Counted from the first letter of the stretch, positions 14,151 through 28,975 are shown. The stretch: 64,000 nt of DNA from Cirrosporium novae-zelandiae (GCA_026023565.1 JAPETS010000013.1:496001-560000), one strand, 5' to 3'. Numbers and translations are program-made. Notes: generated from the sequence alone by a model not told the origin.

Positions 14151-16255
14151 TTACCACACCCCATAGTACTCATTGCTAACTGCTGATATCACTGTGAATA
14201 AACTCGATGAAGGATACGATATTCTGGCTTTTACCAACTACTACTGCTACTACTACTGGATAGATAAGGCGTTGAATAAATTCAGGCGTGAGTGGAGTCC
14301 TTACGGTTTCTGACTGCTTCCTTGTCCCTCTTTCAAGCAAAGGGTACTTAGAATGGGTTCGGTTTGCATATGTTACGGTGTGTGAGGTGTTCATTTTTCA
14401 GGAATTCGAGTTTTGAGTTGACCGGCTTGGGTTTCGGTCCACGGTATATATAGAAGAGCTGAAAATCGACCGATACAGAAAGAGACAGACAAGAGCCATC
14501 GAGGCAATGTATAAGTCTTTTAGAGTCTTAAGGAGACGTATACAACACTTTGCATAAAATCTACTCTCTGCTATTCGTGTTATTTCCATTTGAAGAGGAG
14601 GCTAGTGGTTAAGTTAGTAGGTGAAGGAATTTGATTGAACTTGAATCCTTCGGATACAACAAATCACCAAACAAACGTTGAGACTTTTAAAAACTATCAG
14701 CATGGATGGATTACCCCCCCTCCCTTGATATTTGTTACATAAAGGTTAATTAGCTAACTACGCCTAATTATTTTAATTTTGGGTTTCATTTTTTCGTCTC
14801 GTTCTTACCTTTTAAACAGGCTTCTCCCCTGGATATACTTCGGTAGTTAAGTGTGCGAAGGAGTTTCTGTGTGATATAGATAGACAACGTATAGAAAAGC
14901 ATATACATAGTTTAATTTGGTAAATTGGATAAGTATGCTACCTGGTTAAAAACCGAAAATCCTTAACATTATCTCTAATTAATAAATACTTGTACGCAAT
15001 TTAAAGACTTGTCGATCCAAGTAATTCGTGTTTTATGGCATAGCCCAAGTTATATAATTATCCTAATCCTGGATATCCATCTACTTATCTACTTATCTAC
15101 GAGTTAGCGAATATACCTGGTTCAGGTATAGTACCTTAGACCTCAGGCTGTTTGTTTATTATCTTTCTAATTAACCATTCCGTACCTATTTACTGCTCTA
15201 GCCAGGGCATCCTACTCTATATTAATAACCAGGTAGATAAGCCGGAGTTTTAGTTATGACTTATGTATAAAGTTAATTACTCTCTCTACTTTGTATTTTC
15301 AAGTTATAAATTAATTGTACTCAATATAAAGCTATGGTTACTTTGCAAAATACGATTTAGTACAGTATGTATGGATGAAATACTCGTAAAATAGATAATT
15401 AGATCCAAGCGGGCCGGGCGGAGCGGACGGAACGGGAAGCAAAACAGACATGCATGCACACGACGGTTTGTGTTTTTTTTCGTCTGAGCGTTACAGCGCT
15501 GTTGTGGGCAGATTAGGGGTCTATGCATATGCATATGTATGTATATGTGTGTGTATATTCGGTAATTACATACGTATGGATGGATGGATGGCTATGTTTG
15601 TTTACCTAGGTATGTTACAGTACAGTACAGTAGAATAGGCAGGTGTGTATTCTATAGACTAGAATAATTATATAGGTACCTAGGTAGGTAGATATGGATG
15701 GTGATAATTATAGCTATAGTCAGCCTTATACATTTATCTAGGGTATTCTATCTATCTATCTAGGAGGATTCCGTTCTATTGCTTAATTAATTAAAACTAA
15801 GGTGTTTGATATAATATAAATCTATTGTATAGTACAATGCAGGCCCCGGGGGTTGGGTTTGGTTGGGTTGATTACTTTTTTAAGCTATACATGAGAAAAA
15901 GTAAGAGAGAACCCGAGGTTACCTTAGGTTAGTTAAGATGTAAAATGTGGCACACTTAGCAGAGGGTTAGAGGGTTAGAATTTGTGAAGCTAAAGAATAT
16001 GGGTAGGTGAGAAAAGAAGGAGGAGGAGGCTTGTAGGAGCTACCTTGCTTGTGTTATTAAGTTGGAAGAACTGTCCCAGTTCATACCACGACGGCGACAC
16101 GTAGGTGAAAGGAGAACAAAAGGAACAAATATCCCATACAATTAGATCTCAGCCTTCGAAATCTGAGTACTACTGGAGTGGTAGGCAAGTAAGGGACATA
16201 TGGTGATTGAATCTTTCCATTAATATTGGCTGACGAGAGCGACAAACTACTATTA

Positions 16256-17638
16256 TTATCTCTTTCGAGGTGGAATTTGGGAGAAACTATTCAGCATGCT
16301 CTCCATATTAAGAGCCTTCGAGCTCTTCACAGCTCTCTTTGCTGGTCGACGGCTGGTCCCGGTTCCAGGATTGTCCTGCATAGTAGCAGATCTCTGCCGT
16401 TTTCCCTGTTGGGGTTTATGCAGCGTCCTCTGAAACCATAATATATTCTTATTGCATGCGGAAATGTAGTCTGATCCACTATTTTCACATTTGATATAGA
16501 AATCGAGTATCGGTAATGAAATCTGAGGATCATTAGCTAGTTGACCAGTAGCACTGTCCCGGTGGTGTTTATCAGTCCATTCAAGTAATTTGCAAATATT
16601 TGATCGGTGTCTTCTCTGGGTGTTGTAGATTTTGGCTGCCAGTTCTGATGTTTCAATTTTGTAATTCTCAGTCCAGTATGGCGTGGAAATCTTGCCGCTG
16701 CATGAGAGAATAGACTTAGGGCCCACGAAAAGGAGGTGGTCAAGTGCTGGGAAGACTGTGAAGTATTCCACGACTTTAGAAGTCAGAGCATCTCTCCAGG
16801 GGAGCACAAGAATCCTCAGATGCTGGAAAGCCTGGTTGTCGTCTATTGAGCTCCTCCAGGTCCGTATCAAGCGTTCATCCACCTCAGCGTTTTCAATGTG
16901 AAGAGCCACTAAATTTTTAACTTGCGAAATGTTTACTAGCTCTGGGGTTGGGATGCCGTCGTTGGCCATGGTTAGGCATGTGAGCCATTTGAACGATGGA
17001 GGGGAAAGCTTGGTAAATTCGTCACGGATGAAAGAGCCATAGTAAGGAGATAAAAAGTAGTAATAGTGTTTGATATCGCGCCAATCTTCTTTTGAGTAAG
17101 CGTTGACGAAGGCCTGCCAGGTTAGAAAACTGTCTGATTTTCTGGTAATCGAACCATTATCAGAAGGCAATGGAAAAAAAACATACGGCAGCCTTTCATG
17201 GCACCAAAGCACTCACTTGCTTCGAATAGCAACCCACATACGCAATCCTAACTCCAAGGGGACATATTGCAATAATTGAGGACTCAATCCATTGGCGTTT
17301 TGAGCAATAGCTAGGAGAGACAAGTCTTGGAGAGAGGGTACTCCAACATGCTGACAACTATTTAATGTATCCAAGGCTTGATAGCCATTTCGTTGTGCAC
17401 TGGTTCTGTAAAGCCAGTGTGCTTGTTTCTTGATTGGCCTTGCTGCAACGACAAAATCAGAGAAAACCTGGCCATTCTCGGTGTTGAAATGTGTGGATGG
17501 GCTATTAACCTCTTGAACATCGGGTGCAACAAAAAGGCTTGGACGGGGTGGTGGTTTAGCTATGTGGACATTGAATTTCCAACGGTCCATTTTATTTATA
17601 AATGACGTGAATAGGTTGATGTCTGATTCGGCAGCCAT
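16256..17638 (-). CDS. Hypothetical protein with LRR-like central region and basic C-terminus, 2 exons
   Basis: Two adjacent ORFs joined in frame by intron 17142-17216; repeated L..L.L patterns (LTCLTM, LVALHI, LRILVL, LDHLLF). Confidence 0.7.
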
Positions 17639-17904
17639 CAGAAAGTAACTTGGAAATAGTCAAGCCACGTGATCCCTCCCAATGTGACATCGGCGACTTT
17701 TCCACGGTTTTACCCTAACTCCCTCACTTTTCGGCTTCTCCCCGCCCCCCATTAATAGACTATCCGTCATGGATCCTTGTATCAATTCATCATCTCTTTG
17801 CAATACTCCTCTCCCTACTCAACCTCTTAATACAATCAACAAAAATCTCCACTCTTGAAAAAAAGAAAATATGATGGTCGCAAGACCAGAATGAGGTGTC
17901 AATC

Positions 17905-18873
17905 ATGCTGAAGAAGCCCAGTCTGATCATTTCGTCTTACACCAGCGTTCAAAACAGTTACTGCTCGCCCTATCAGCCATGCAGCAATTCCCCATCTCAT
18001 AATCGTCTCAGGTCTAAGCCTGCGAAAAAACCTTCCTACCATTATCATTTGAAGCTATCTCATGGCTATGCCACTATCCATGACTCGAGACACCATGCAC
18101 CTTCAAACGACGACCATCTAATATGGCCCGAAGCTCTTTCCGTACATTCCGTACCGACTCCATATGAAATATTTGGTCAGAAGCAGGGTTCTCCCTATTC
18201 TAAGCGCCGTTTTTACGAACTCGTGAAACTATACCATCCAGATTCGCACTCTCACCACAGCCATCACCATTCTCGCTACCTGCCTGATCCTGTCAGACTT
18301 GAGCGATATAGGCTGGTAGTGAAAGCAAACGAAATCCTTTCTGATCCAGTCAAGCGATCCGCATACGACCGTTATGGGACAGGGTGGAGTGGTCGACCGG
18401 AATTTGATAGCTGTAGAGCGCGATATTCTCCTGGTGGAAGATATCGTAGAAGTGATCCGAGTCCATTCGCAAATGCCACGTGGGAAGACTGGGAGAAATG
18501 GTATCATCGAAATGATGACAATAAGGGCGCTTGGGGTCAAACTCCTGTCTATTCATCTCATGGGACCTTTATATCTATCGTTGCACTAATCACGGCTCTC
18601 GGTGGATATGGCCAGGTCACCCGAATAGAGAGTTGGGGCGAGACGTTCTCTGAACGGATAGAGCATCTGAATAACGAGTGCACTCAGCAGCTAAATGAGC
18701 ACAGAAAGGAGTCTACAAAGAAACCCACTAAGGAGCAACGAGTGCAGAATTTCCTTAAACATAGAGATCCAGCTAAGCAGGGAATAACGGATCCTCGTGA
18801 AGAAGCGTATCGGAGAATGTTTCCAGATCCGGAGGTTTGCTCTGGCGAGAATATTGAGAATAGGACTACTTGA
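17905..18873 (+). CDS. J-domain co-chaperone, Jid1-like (probably mitochondrial)
   Basis: TPYEIF..YSKRRFYELVKLYHPD..RLERYRLVV.AN.ILSDP.KR.AYD J domain, NATWEDWE motif and one TM helix. Confidence 0.88.
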   Translation: MLKKPSLIISSYTSVQNSYCSPYQPCSNSPSHNRLRSKPAKKPSYHYHLKLSHGYATIHDSRHHAPSNDDHLIWPEALSVHSVPTPYEIFGQKQGSPYSKRRFYELVKLYHPDSHSHHSHHHSRYLPDPVRLERYRLVVKANEILSDPVKRSAYDRYGTGWSGRPEFDSCRARYSPGGRYRRSDPSPFANATWEDWEKWYHRNDDNKGAWGQTPVYSSHGTFISIVALITALGGYGQVTRIESWGETFSERIEHLNNECTQQLNEHRKESTKKPTKEQRVQNFLKHRDPAKQGITDPREEAYRRMFPDPEVCSGENIENRTT

Positions 18874-19324
18874 GTAGAAATCTTGACATAGATTGGCCGA
18901 GCAACTTACAGAGTACCTAGGTAGTCAACCGTATACTTAACAGAAGCCTATTCTGTTTATACGAGGGATTGGGGGAGGACTGAGTTGGCTTGGATGATCG
19001 CTAACATTATGATGATCGATTGAACTTATAAGATTTATTTTGTTTTATAGCTTTGGCAATTTCTGCTGTCGATATTCAACACTGGCATGTCTCTAGAGGG
19101 TCTTCCACCGTAGTAGATGGTACATACAGCACCCGTATTGATAGATATGCCATAACGAGCTGTTGATTGGGTGTGGTGTAGATTTTCTTTCAAAGGCCCA
19201 GCAGCCAGCTGTAGCCCGAGGGCTTAATTCGTGGCTCAGACAACAGGTCTGTGACATAGCCTTCCAACACAGCTACTACCTTGCCCATCCTCGACGTCAC
19301 ACAAACTGTTTATATTTCCCATCG

Positions 19325-21073
19325 ATGCCCTTGACAACATTAAATCAAATATCTCTAGGTGCAATAGTTTCTTTATTTGCAGTTTTCTCGTATCTTTCTA
19401 TTTCATCATCATCACCACCCGAATTTCACAGTGTACAGTCCAGAATATTTGATGTCATAAACTGGAAATCCGAACAGAGCAATATGTTTCATCATCATCC
19501 CCAACACCCTTTTCATGGACACCATCCACCTCAGAGGGGGGGAGATGGATACAGATCTGTTGCATATTTCGTTAACTGGGTATATAATGCTCTGAATATT
19601 CCACATTAAAAGTTGTACCGACGGCTTACAAAGGGAAAAGGCAATATATGGGAGAAACCACAATCCTCAAGACATTCCTATTGAAAAGCTCACACATATT
19701 CTTTATGCTTTTGCCAACGTGAGGCCTGAGAACGGAGAGGTGTATGAATTTGTTTCCCTTTTCCCTAAGGTCATCCGAAGCACATGCTCACAATCCCAAG
19801 TTATCTGACAGACACCTGGTCCGATATTGAGAAACATTACCCGTCAGATTCCTGGCAGGACACTGGAAATAATGTCTACGGCTGTATCAAACAGTTCTAT
19901 CTCCTAAAACAGCAGCACAGGAAACTGAAGATTCTGCTCTCCATAGGAGGGTGGACCTATTCGGCAAACTTTGCTGCTCCTGCATCGACAGATGCCGGGA
20001 GGAAGAGATTTGCCAAATCTGCCGTGCAGTTGGTTAAGGATTTAGCACTTGACGGTTTGCATTTTATCCTTGGAAGTGAAAGCCGTAACTAATGATCTTG
20101 GTAGGTCTAGATATTGACTGGGAGTATCCTAAAGGTAGGTCTCTGAACAACTAGAAGTTTTGAAAGGGTTCCCCGTTGATAATTCTTCTTCCATCAGATG
20201 CCACCGAGGCCCAAAACTTTGTTCTTCTTCTCCAGGAAACGCGGCAGGTAAGCATAAAACCCCCAGAGCTTCAACATACGATTCCAACCCTCTTAGGCCC
20301 TCGATGTCCTTGGGAACTCCCACGGCAACCACTTCCTTCTGACTGTAGCCTGTCCCGCCGGCGAACAAAACTACTCAAAACTCCAGCTCGCGGCCATGGA
20401 TCGATATCTCGATTTCTGGAATCTGATGGCCTACGATTACGCCGGCTCCTGGGACTCCCGCGCCGGCCATCAGTCCAACCTCTACCCTTCCCGTGATAAC
20501 CCACACAGCACACCTTTCTCCACTGCTAGTGCTATCGATCATTACATCTCTCAGGGGGTACGACCGGACAAAATAGTTCTGGGACAGCCGCTGTACGGAA
20601 GAGCGTTTGCCAATACAGATGGTCCGGGCCATCACTACAACGGCGTCGGAGAGGGCAGTTGGGAGCAGGGGGTGTGGGACTACAAAGTTTTGCCTCTTGA
20701 GGGTGCCACCTGCCATGTTGATCCCGAAAGCGGAGCATGTTATTGCTACAATAGGGAGAAAAGGCTGATGGTTACATATGATGATGTGGAGATGGCGCGG
20801 CGGAAGGCAGTTTTTGTCAAGGAGAAGGGACTGGGGGGTGGGATGTGGTGGGAGAGTAGTGGGGATAAGCCAGGGCAGGATAGTTTGATTGGAACGGTAA
20901 GTTGTTTGGTTGTTTATTTGCTCTTCATTTCGAGATGGGGTTGCTAATCAGTAGGCAAATAGTTCGTCGATGTGCTGACGGGACATCCTGGGTGCTCGTT
21001 GGATCAGGCACCGAATACGATATCATACCCCGAGTCGAAGTATGACAACATACGGAACGGCATAGCGAGTTAG
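19325..21073 (+). CDS. GH18 chitinase (fungal group A), multi-exon; alternative start at 19484
   Basis: [31 protein letters not shown], catalytic [35 protein letters not shown]-terminal YPESKYDN. Confidence 0.95.
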
Positions 21074-21573
21074 TGGGCATAGGAAAAGTCCTGTAAAGAT
21101 TGAGGTACCAGATAATATGTTAACGGTGCTAGATAGTACCATGGATGGTTTGTTGCGCTCAGATGCGCTGGAATACTTTACTTATCAAATAAACCGCTTT
21201 CTGAACTTGGAAATGGATTTTCCTAAAATACCCTACAGTATTTAGCCCTTTCACATACCTGAGCTCGAATTTCGTATGTAAGACGTTGTAGACGCTTCCA
21301 CAGAGACCAAGCGACAGACATACATGTTTGTTCGGGCTGATTTTGATTGCCTAAGATTGTGATAATCATAGCCGAAACAATCTAGTGAGGATATTCAACT
21401 ACACATGTGGACTTGGGTGTATTGCAACTTGGGCAGATTGAAATTGACTATTGCTCAATGCTATTTCTACCATCTCGTTTTCATCTAGCTCATATTGAGC
21501 TCCCGAGATATGCATCTGTATAATATCCCCCCATTATCATTCATAACATCCCGATATCCTACCAATGGGTCGT

Positions 21574-22239
<666 letters not shown>

Positions 22240-22869
22240 GGTGGCCTAGACAAGCTTGTCTTCCTCAGCCGGTACAGAATTGTTGATGGAAAATAAAAAA
22301 AGTCCGAGGGTGGATGAGGTTTTGAATTGCTAAGCGACTCTGTGGGTCACATGACGGTGACATGAGACGTGGCCACTATCTTATCTCGTTACCCTAGCAG
22401 CGCAGCTTAGCAACTTGTTGACATGAATAACTTCTATGTTAAGACGATTCTTTTACAGCTCCACCATACCTCTACCGCTACTCTCTAACTCCAAAAACTC
22501 CACACACAATACAACATCAACTGTTTCATCAAGCAATAAAACTCCAATTACTACAAATTTAATAAAAAAAAACCTCAATCGACAAGTCCTCGAAGAGCTT
22601 CAAATCGACAGAAAGCTCTTGCGCAAGAGAGGACCAACTCTCATCATTATCATCTAAATATTGACATTCGGATATTATAAGCTAGGCAGAGTAGCTATTA
22701 ACTAACTCTGCCCGGCCGAACGGCTTGCACTGCGTGAGGTATGTCGAGTTCCATATTCAATATAACTTGAACAACTTGCTCATTTTTTTTACTTGCAGTC
22801 TCGGACCAAGGAGGTGACTCCCCCTAACCCCTCTATCAAGAGATATTCCGAACTCGACTTGCATTCCAA

Positions 22870-25311
22870 ATGCTGTCCAATCCGAGTTCCAGCCAGCTAC
22901 AGCGCCAACGACAACATCGACGACAAAGGTCAACGCCGGCGGCATTCGAAGTTCCGAAGATCCCTCTTCTGCCTGCTTCACCACTACAACGAAATGGGTC
23001 ACACCGACGAGGTCTAAGCTTAGACCAGCGAAGTCCTCGGAAGACCCATTTTACGCCGGGTGAGCAGCAGGGAAACGGAAAGGTAAGTATTACTAACATA
23101 GGATTACAACAACAAGATCAGCATATTGTGCGAGAAACGCAGCAGCATAGACCGAATCGACCGGGGCAACCACAAGGCCAACCGGTATTCCAACAGAATA
23201 CGGTAGAAGCGCAAGGGAACGCATTTCTACCAGATCCATTCATTGACCAACAATTCCACTCTGGTAGTGGATCATTAAACGACACTCTTTATACTAACTC
23301 ACCTATCGCCCCTAACTCTGATTCAGGCAATCAATTGAGCTTTGAGGCACAACTTCAAATGTATATGCCACATTCTGCGTCCGGGTACCTAAATGATGGA
23401 CTCGGACTCGAATTTGACAACGTGATAAATAATGGAAAGATGCAGAGGTCTCAATCTGCAATGGCATTGAGTGGCACAGCGGGCTTTGAGCTTGCCCACA
23501 AGAGACGAGGTTCAGTACAATCAGAACGCGGTTGGCAGAACGATAGGCCACTCACGCCACCAAGTCGAAATAGTACCAGTTTGTGACCCTCCATCTGGAT
23601 CCTTTCACATCTGCTAATGGATTCAGGCTACTTTCCAGTAACACCCGACCAGACGTCAATGAAACGGGCTTCAAATGGGGCCTGTTATAGCCCTGTTCGA
23701 CAGCTTTCTCCCACAAGACAAAAGTCGAAGTTAAGTAAGTCCTTTCAACCGGGAGAACATCAACAGAGTCTCTCGTTAGATAACATATTTGAGGGGACTG
23801 TATGCCACTCACCTATCAGGGAGCTACCTTCCCCTCCAAATACTGCTGCTCTGCAATCCTCGAGTACATTCGACTCCAGATCTTCTGAAGGAACCCAATT
23901 GTCCAGTTTCTCATCAATGGCACCCGAACTCAGAATAGAGGACTTCGGATACGAGTCTTCACAACATTCAACGACCTCACACACCTTATCGCCAAACCCA
24001 TCCTCCTACAACCCTTCTCCCAACATAGCACCGCTTCCAACCTTTGCGAATCTCAGGATTAGAACATCAATTAGTGAACCTCGTAATGTATTGGTGCCTT
24101 CATCTGCCGCAAGCGTTGCCTCCACTTCTTCATCGCCAGTTAAGGCGCCAATGTCTCCCAAATCAACAATGATTGCTGATCTAAACCTGGAAATCGGTGT
24201 AGACGCCTCAATTGAAGAAACTGGAATTACCCTAGAGGACATTTCAGCTTTCATTGAAGGTCCTGATCCTAACGATGGCAAATATGTCTGTCGTTATTCC
24301 AGTTGTAACAAGAGGTTTGGACGAAAAGAAAATATCAAATCACACGTTCAGACGCATCTCGGAGATAGGCAGTACCGGTGCAATCACTGCCAAAAATGTT
24401 TCGTACGAGGTCACGATTTGAAACGGCACGCGAAGATTCATAGTGGAGTAAAACCTTATCCATGCTTGTGTGGCATGAGCTTTGCAAGGCATGACGCTCT
24501 CACAAGACATCGCCAGCGAGGTATGTGTGTAGGGGCATTTGATGGTGTGGTGAAGAAACAAATCAAGCGAGGCCGGCCAAAGAAGAAGAAGGAACTAGAA
24601 GAACGTCTAGATAAGGCGCAGAAAACTCGACAGCGAGCCATTGAGAAGGCATATCCGTCATCCGTTTCTGGATCTTCTGAGAGCTCATACGCTTTCTCTC
24701 CAGAACCGCTTTCAGACAATATCAGCATTAGAGGCTCTAGTCCTTTTGACAATTTCCAGCCTCTGCCACATGACTCATTCGGATTGCCTCCAGATGCATT
24801 CAGTTTCACACCACCGGCGTCTCCTGGATACAGCACAGGGAATCCATCTTCTCCAAGTCGAGCAACAGCATCCCAATGCCAATCTCAGACACACACTCCT
24901 GCCCCAAGTGTTGTCTCTTCCCCAAGACGGAGGCCAGTTAAAACGATCCCTGAGGAACCAAGCAAACCGAATGTTCCAGTGCAAGACAAGAATCCAAGTC
25001 AAGGTGTTGAGCAATATAGTTCTCCGCCTGAGCTTGACCTCTCATCATCTCCTCCGGCGGAGTGTAAATTCTTCGACTTCGAATGTGGGTCTGGTATGGA
25101 ATCCGGCCAATCAACTCAGAATAATGGGTTCGATGAACTACCAAGTCAGCACAAGCTTGACAACATGCTAGAACCAGATGACCTTCTTGGGCAATTTGAC
25201 ACGAATGCTTACTTTGGTGAGCCTCTCAACTTTGAAGACCCATTCAATATTGGTGATACTTTGGCTCCAGCCGATATGAACGCCATTGATGCGATATTGA
25301 ATGCTATATGA
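22870..25311 (+). CDS. C2H2 zinc-finger transcription factor, Ace2/Swi5-like, 2 exons
   Basis: C..CNKRFGRKENIKSHVQTHLGDRQY.C..C.K.FVR.HDLKRHAKIH..KPY.C.CG..FARHDALTRH; N-terminal RQHRRQ.STP and HRRGLSLD motifs; short intron near 23579-23626. Confidence 0.92.
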
Positions 25312-26549
25312 AATAAGGATGATAGTAATGGATAGGTGAACAAAAATTTGTTATGAGGGGTTTATTTGAAAGATTTTTCAGTCTTAGGCAAGTGATAATT
25401 GAAAATCAGGACTGGGGGGATTTGTGGGAATTTGTGAGCAAAAAGGAAAGGGCCATCAATAATGTTCTGTTTCTCCGTGTGTATTCAAACTTGATATTTT
25501 ATCTCAACGGAGGTTATGATGGTACGACTTTCCCGTTGATCTGGCAGCGAATCTGGGAAGTAAAGGAAAAATCGTTGAGGAGTTTTGGTAATGTACTTGG
25601 AAGTTGGAAATTGTTAACTCATGTCAGCACGTCACTATGTTACTATGTCACTATGTCAGCTCTTTGGTTTAGCGCTTGGTTTTTTCCTACCTGTTTACTC
25701 AGTAGTAGAAAAGCATAAATATGAACTGAATTGTGCTTCGTGATATCGGTTATATTTTCTTGAAGGTTGCTTTGAAATTCACGAGAGAGGAGGAGAGAAG
25801 AGGAGAGGAGAAAAGAGGAGGGGGGTATACCGAGGCGGGGTGTCGTCATCCCTCGAAAGTTGATAGTTAAGTCATCATGTCACGTGCATGTCTCTTCCTC
25901 ACTCCTTCGTCTTGGTGAGTAGTCATCTTATCCTATTGAGCATTACCAAGCAAGACAAGCTAGAGCTGTGATATCTAAATTTACTGCGTGATATTAGAAA
26001 GAATTGGCTTGAATGTTCTGTTCATGTGCGTCTATTTAAGACCCTACCGTCGTCTACCCAAAGTACCTTCTTCGTCTAATCTTCATGATATATTAATTAA
26101 CCTTGAAATTCCATGAACATTTCTAAAATATTCAACAATTAACATTATTCAAATCTTGCACTTTTCTTTTTGGTCAAACAATCCATCTATTTGACATGAT
26201 GACTGAGTACGTTCATTTACCTACCTATACTTTGAATACTCCACCTATGGAGTGAAAACAGAAAACAGAACAAATAACTAAAACTTCAATAATGAGCATA
26301 ATTAGGGAAGAAGAAAATATTTTTGAATCGCATTTATTTTCTAATATATCATGGTGTATGGTATGTACTGTTTAAGCTATTTTTTATTGTTTCCATTTTT
26401 AATGATCGAGTATAATCGAGTCTAGGGTGTCTAGCAACAACATTTCATATAGAAAATACCTATGTTCATACCAACGGGTTGGTAGATATCTTACTATATG
26501 TACCCTTCCATCCCAGCTACTAAAACATATCTATCTATCTATCCATTCA

Positions 26550-27806
26550 CTAGAATCTTCTTGTCAAAGGTATCGGCTTGTTTCCCAGAATACTATCAAT
26601 CTCCTTCATGATCTCGTCGGCAAGTTTCGGCACCAAATCTAATACCATTATGTTCTTATGAACTTGCTCGACCCTTGATGCACCGGTGATTGCGGAACTG
26701 ACGTGAGGGTTTTTGATAACCCAGGCTAAGGCGAGAGCTGCTTGGTCACATCCAAGTTTGTCGGCGATTGGCTAATTCCACAGTTAGTGAGTTGGTCTTC
26801 CTCAACATGAAAAACCGCCATGATGGGCATTTGGTTACGGTCAATTTTCCAATAAGAAGACAGGAGAAAATAATATACCTTCAGTTTTTTAACTTGTTCG
26901 ATATCATGTTTCCAGGTATCGTTTCCAAACCGCTCATTCATCATCTCAATGAACTTATCCTTACTTGTTGCCAATCTGCTATCACTTGGGATTCCATCAT
27001 TGTATTTACCAGAGAGTATGCCACACTTAAGGGGGCTGAATGTAGTCAAGCCGGTCCCATAATGCTCATAAAGTGGTGTAAACTCTCCCTCCACCTTGTT
27101 TCTCGCGAGGAGGTTGTACTGGGGTTGCTCCATCAATGGTCCGATCAAGCCAAGCTTATCGGCAACTCTCCATGCTTCAGCAATCTCCTCGGCGGTCCAT
27201 TCGGATGTCCCCCAGTAGAATGCCTTTCCCGCGTTGATCAACCAGTTGAAGGCTCTTACGGTTTCTTCGATGGGTGTATTTCGGTCAGGACGATGGGCAT
27301 AAACCAAATCGACTAACGGTGTTAACATATCAACTTGACACTAGGTACTGCAAGACTCTTTCATACCATATTCCAACCCCAACCTTTCTAAGCTTGCATT
27401 AAGGCCCTCAACTAGATGTTTTCGTGACAAGCCTACATTATTGATATTGTTCTCACCAAATGCCCCGCCCCAGTAGATCTTTGTAGATATAACGAGGTCA
27501 TTCCGTTTCCACCTAAAATACAGCAGCATTAAATGCAATGTTCATCTCTATAATCTAAACTTCCACATACCCAAATTTCTTGATAGCGTCTCCCATGACC
27601 TTTTCGCTCTCGCCGGCCGAATAGCTTTCGGCACAATCAAAGAAATTAACGCCAGCATCGAAAGCAGCCTTCATGCAGGAGAATGCTGCTTCGTTGCCAA
27701 CATGACCTCCGTATGTTAGCCACCCTCCAAGGGAAAGCACTGAGACCTGAAGACCAGAGCGGCCAAGGAACCGGTATTGCATTTCAGGTAACTTGGGAGA
27801 ATCCAT
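26550..27806 (-). CDS. Aldo-keto reductase, voltage-gated K+ channel beta-subunit family, 4 exons
   Basis: [82 protein letters not shown]. Confidence 0.93.
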
Positions 27807-28418
27807 AACGACGTAGCTTGAGGGAAAGAATGGATAAATTTTCATCTATTTTACTGAAGAGTAAAGGTTAGAATTGCAATAATAGTTTATTAATCCGTTC
27901 ATTTGTCATGTTATCTTCCAATGACCGAGCCCAAAAGGCACGATTTTGCCTAATTCCCGCTCCAGGTGGAGTCAATGGCGGGGTCGTCCTATCTTGCTGT
28001 AGTTCGTAAATCAATTCTACCCCAGTGTGCCCAGGCCTCATTTTCTTTGAAGGAGTTCTGCATCTTCGCCAAATGTTCAACAACTTTATCATCCAACGTA
28101 TCTGAAGCTAGTCGACCAATAGTGATGCTGCGGAAACATCTGTAGGAAATTTGTACGAATTTTGTGGGACAAATGTCATTGGTTCGTCATATCCACCAAG
28201 GTACACGATATTCATATCCCCCCACCCTACGAAATATCAAAAGTAGCAATCGAATGATATATTGAAGGATTAATATCTCTTAGTATAATGAAATATATTC
28301 CGTCAGCGTAAATATAAAAGTATAAAGTTGAAGTCCACGGAACCCCAAAAGCAAGACAAATTTACTTTCTAAAGTCCATGGGACTTTCCAACTTCGGGGT
28401 TTGGCTTGTAACGGCCTA

Positions 28419-28529
28419 TGACGTAAGAGGTGACGTCCCAACCCTGAAACGTTCCAGGTTTGACATGTCTTGTGGCCTTTGAGCAGGATTAGAGAAAGGA
28501 TACTCGAGTAGACTATCTACCTATATAAA
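28419..28529 (+). promoter_or_regulatory. Candidate promoter with two CRE-like sites and a TATA box
   Basis: TGACGTAA 28419-28426, TGACGTC 28431-28437, TATATAAA 28522-28529, ~110 bp upstream of ATG 28637. Confidence 0.5.
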
Positions 28530-28636
28530 TGAGGCCTCTTCATTCGGCACTCGGTTTTGAATCTACTCTTCAAACCAATCCACCTACTACTCCAAGAACT
28601 ATAGCTATATAGACTTCAAGCAAACAATCCATCACA

Positions 28637-28975
28637 ATGAATTCCAGCAACACCCAAACCACTGCCAACTCCTCCAACCAAAACGAGGACTACTTGGACA
28701 AAGGTATGACCGCCGACTCTCTTCCCTTCTAACCTATCTTCGTCAGATGTCAATTGACCACCCTGATTAGCTGTCGATTTCGCCGAAAAGAAGTTCGGAA
28801 AGGGAAAGATTGATCCTGCAAAGTCTCGCAACGTGAGTTTCCATATAATAGTTGGGCCAACAGAAAGAACTGACACCTAGTTCCTATCTAGATGAACGAA
28901 AAGATCACCGACGGTGCAAGAAACATGTTTGAGAAAGCAACTGGCAAAAATGTTCCTGACAAGTTCTCTAACTAA
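28637..28975 (+). CDS. Small hydrophilic protein (70 aa), 3 exons; absent from ORF track
   Basis: Spliced product MNSSNTQTTANSSNQNEDYLDKAVDFAEKKFGKGKIDPAKSRNMNEKITDGARNMFEKATGKNVPDKFSN*; canonical introns 28704-28770 and 28833-28891; cacaATG context. Confidence 0.85.

Noticed and set aside
15958..15980. Telomere-like AGGGTT repeats
   Set aside because: Only two imperfect copies (gagggttagagggttag); not an interstitial telomere array.
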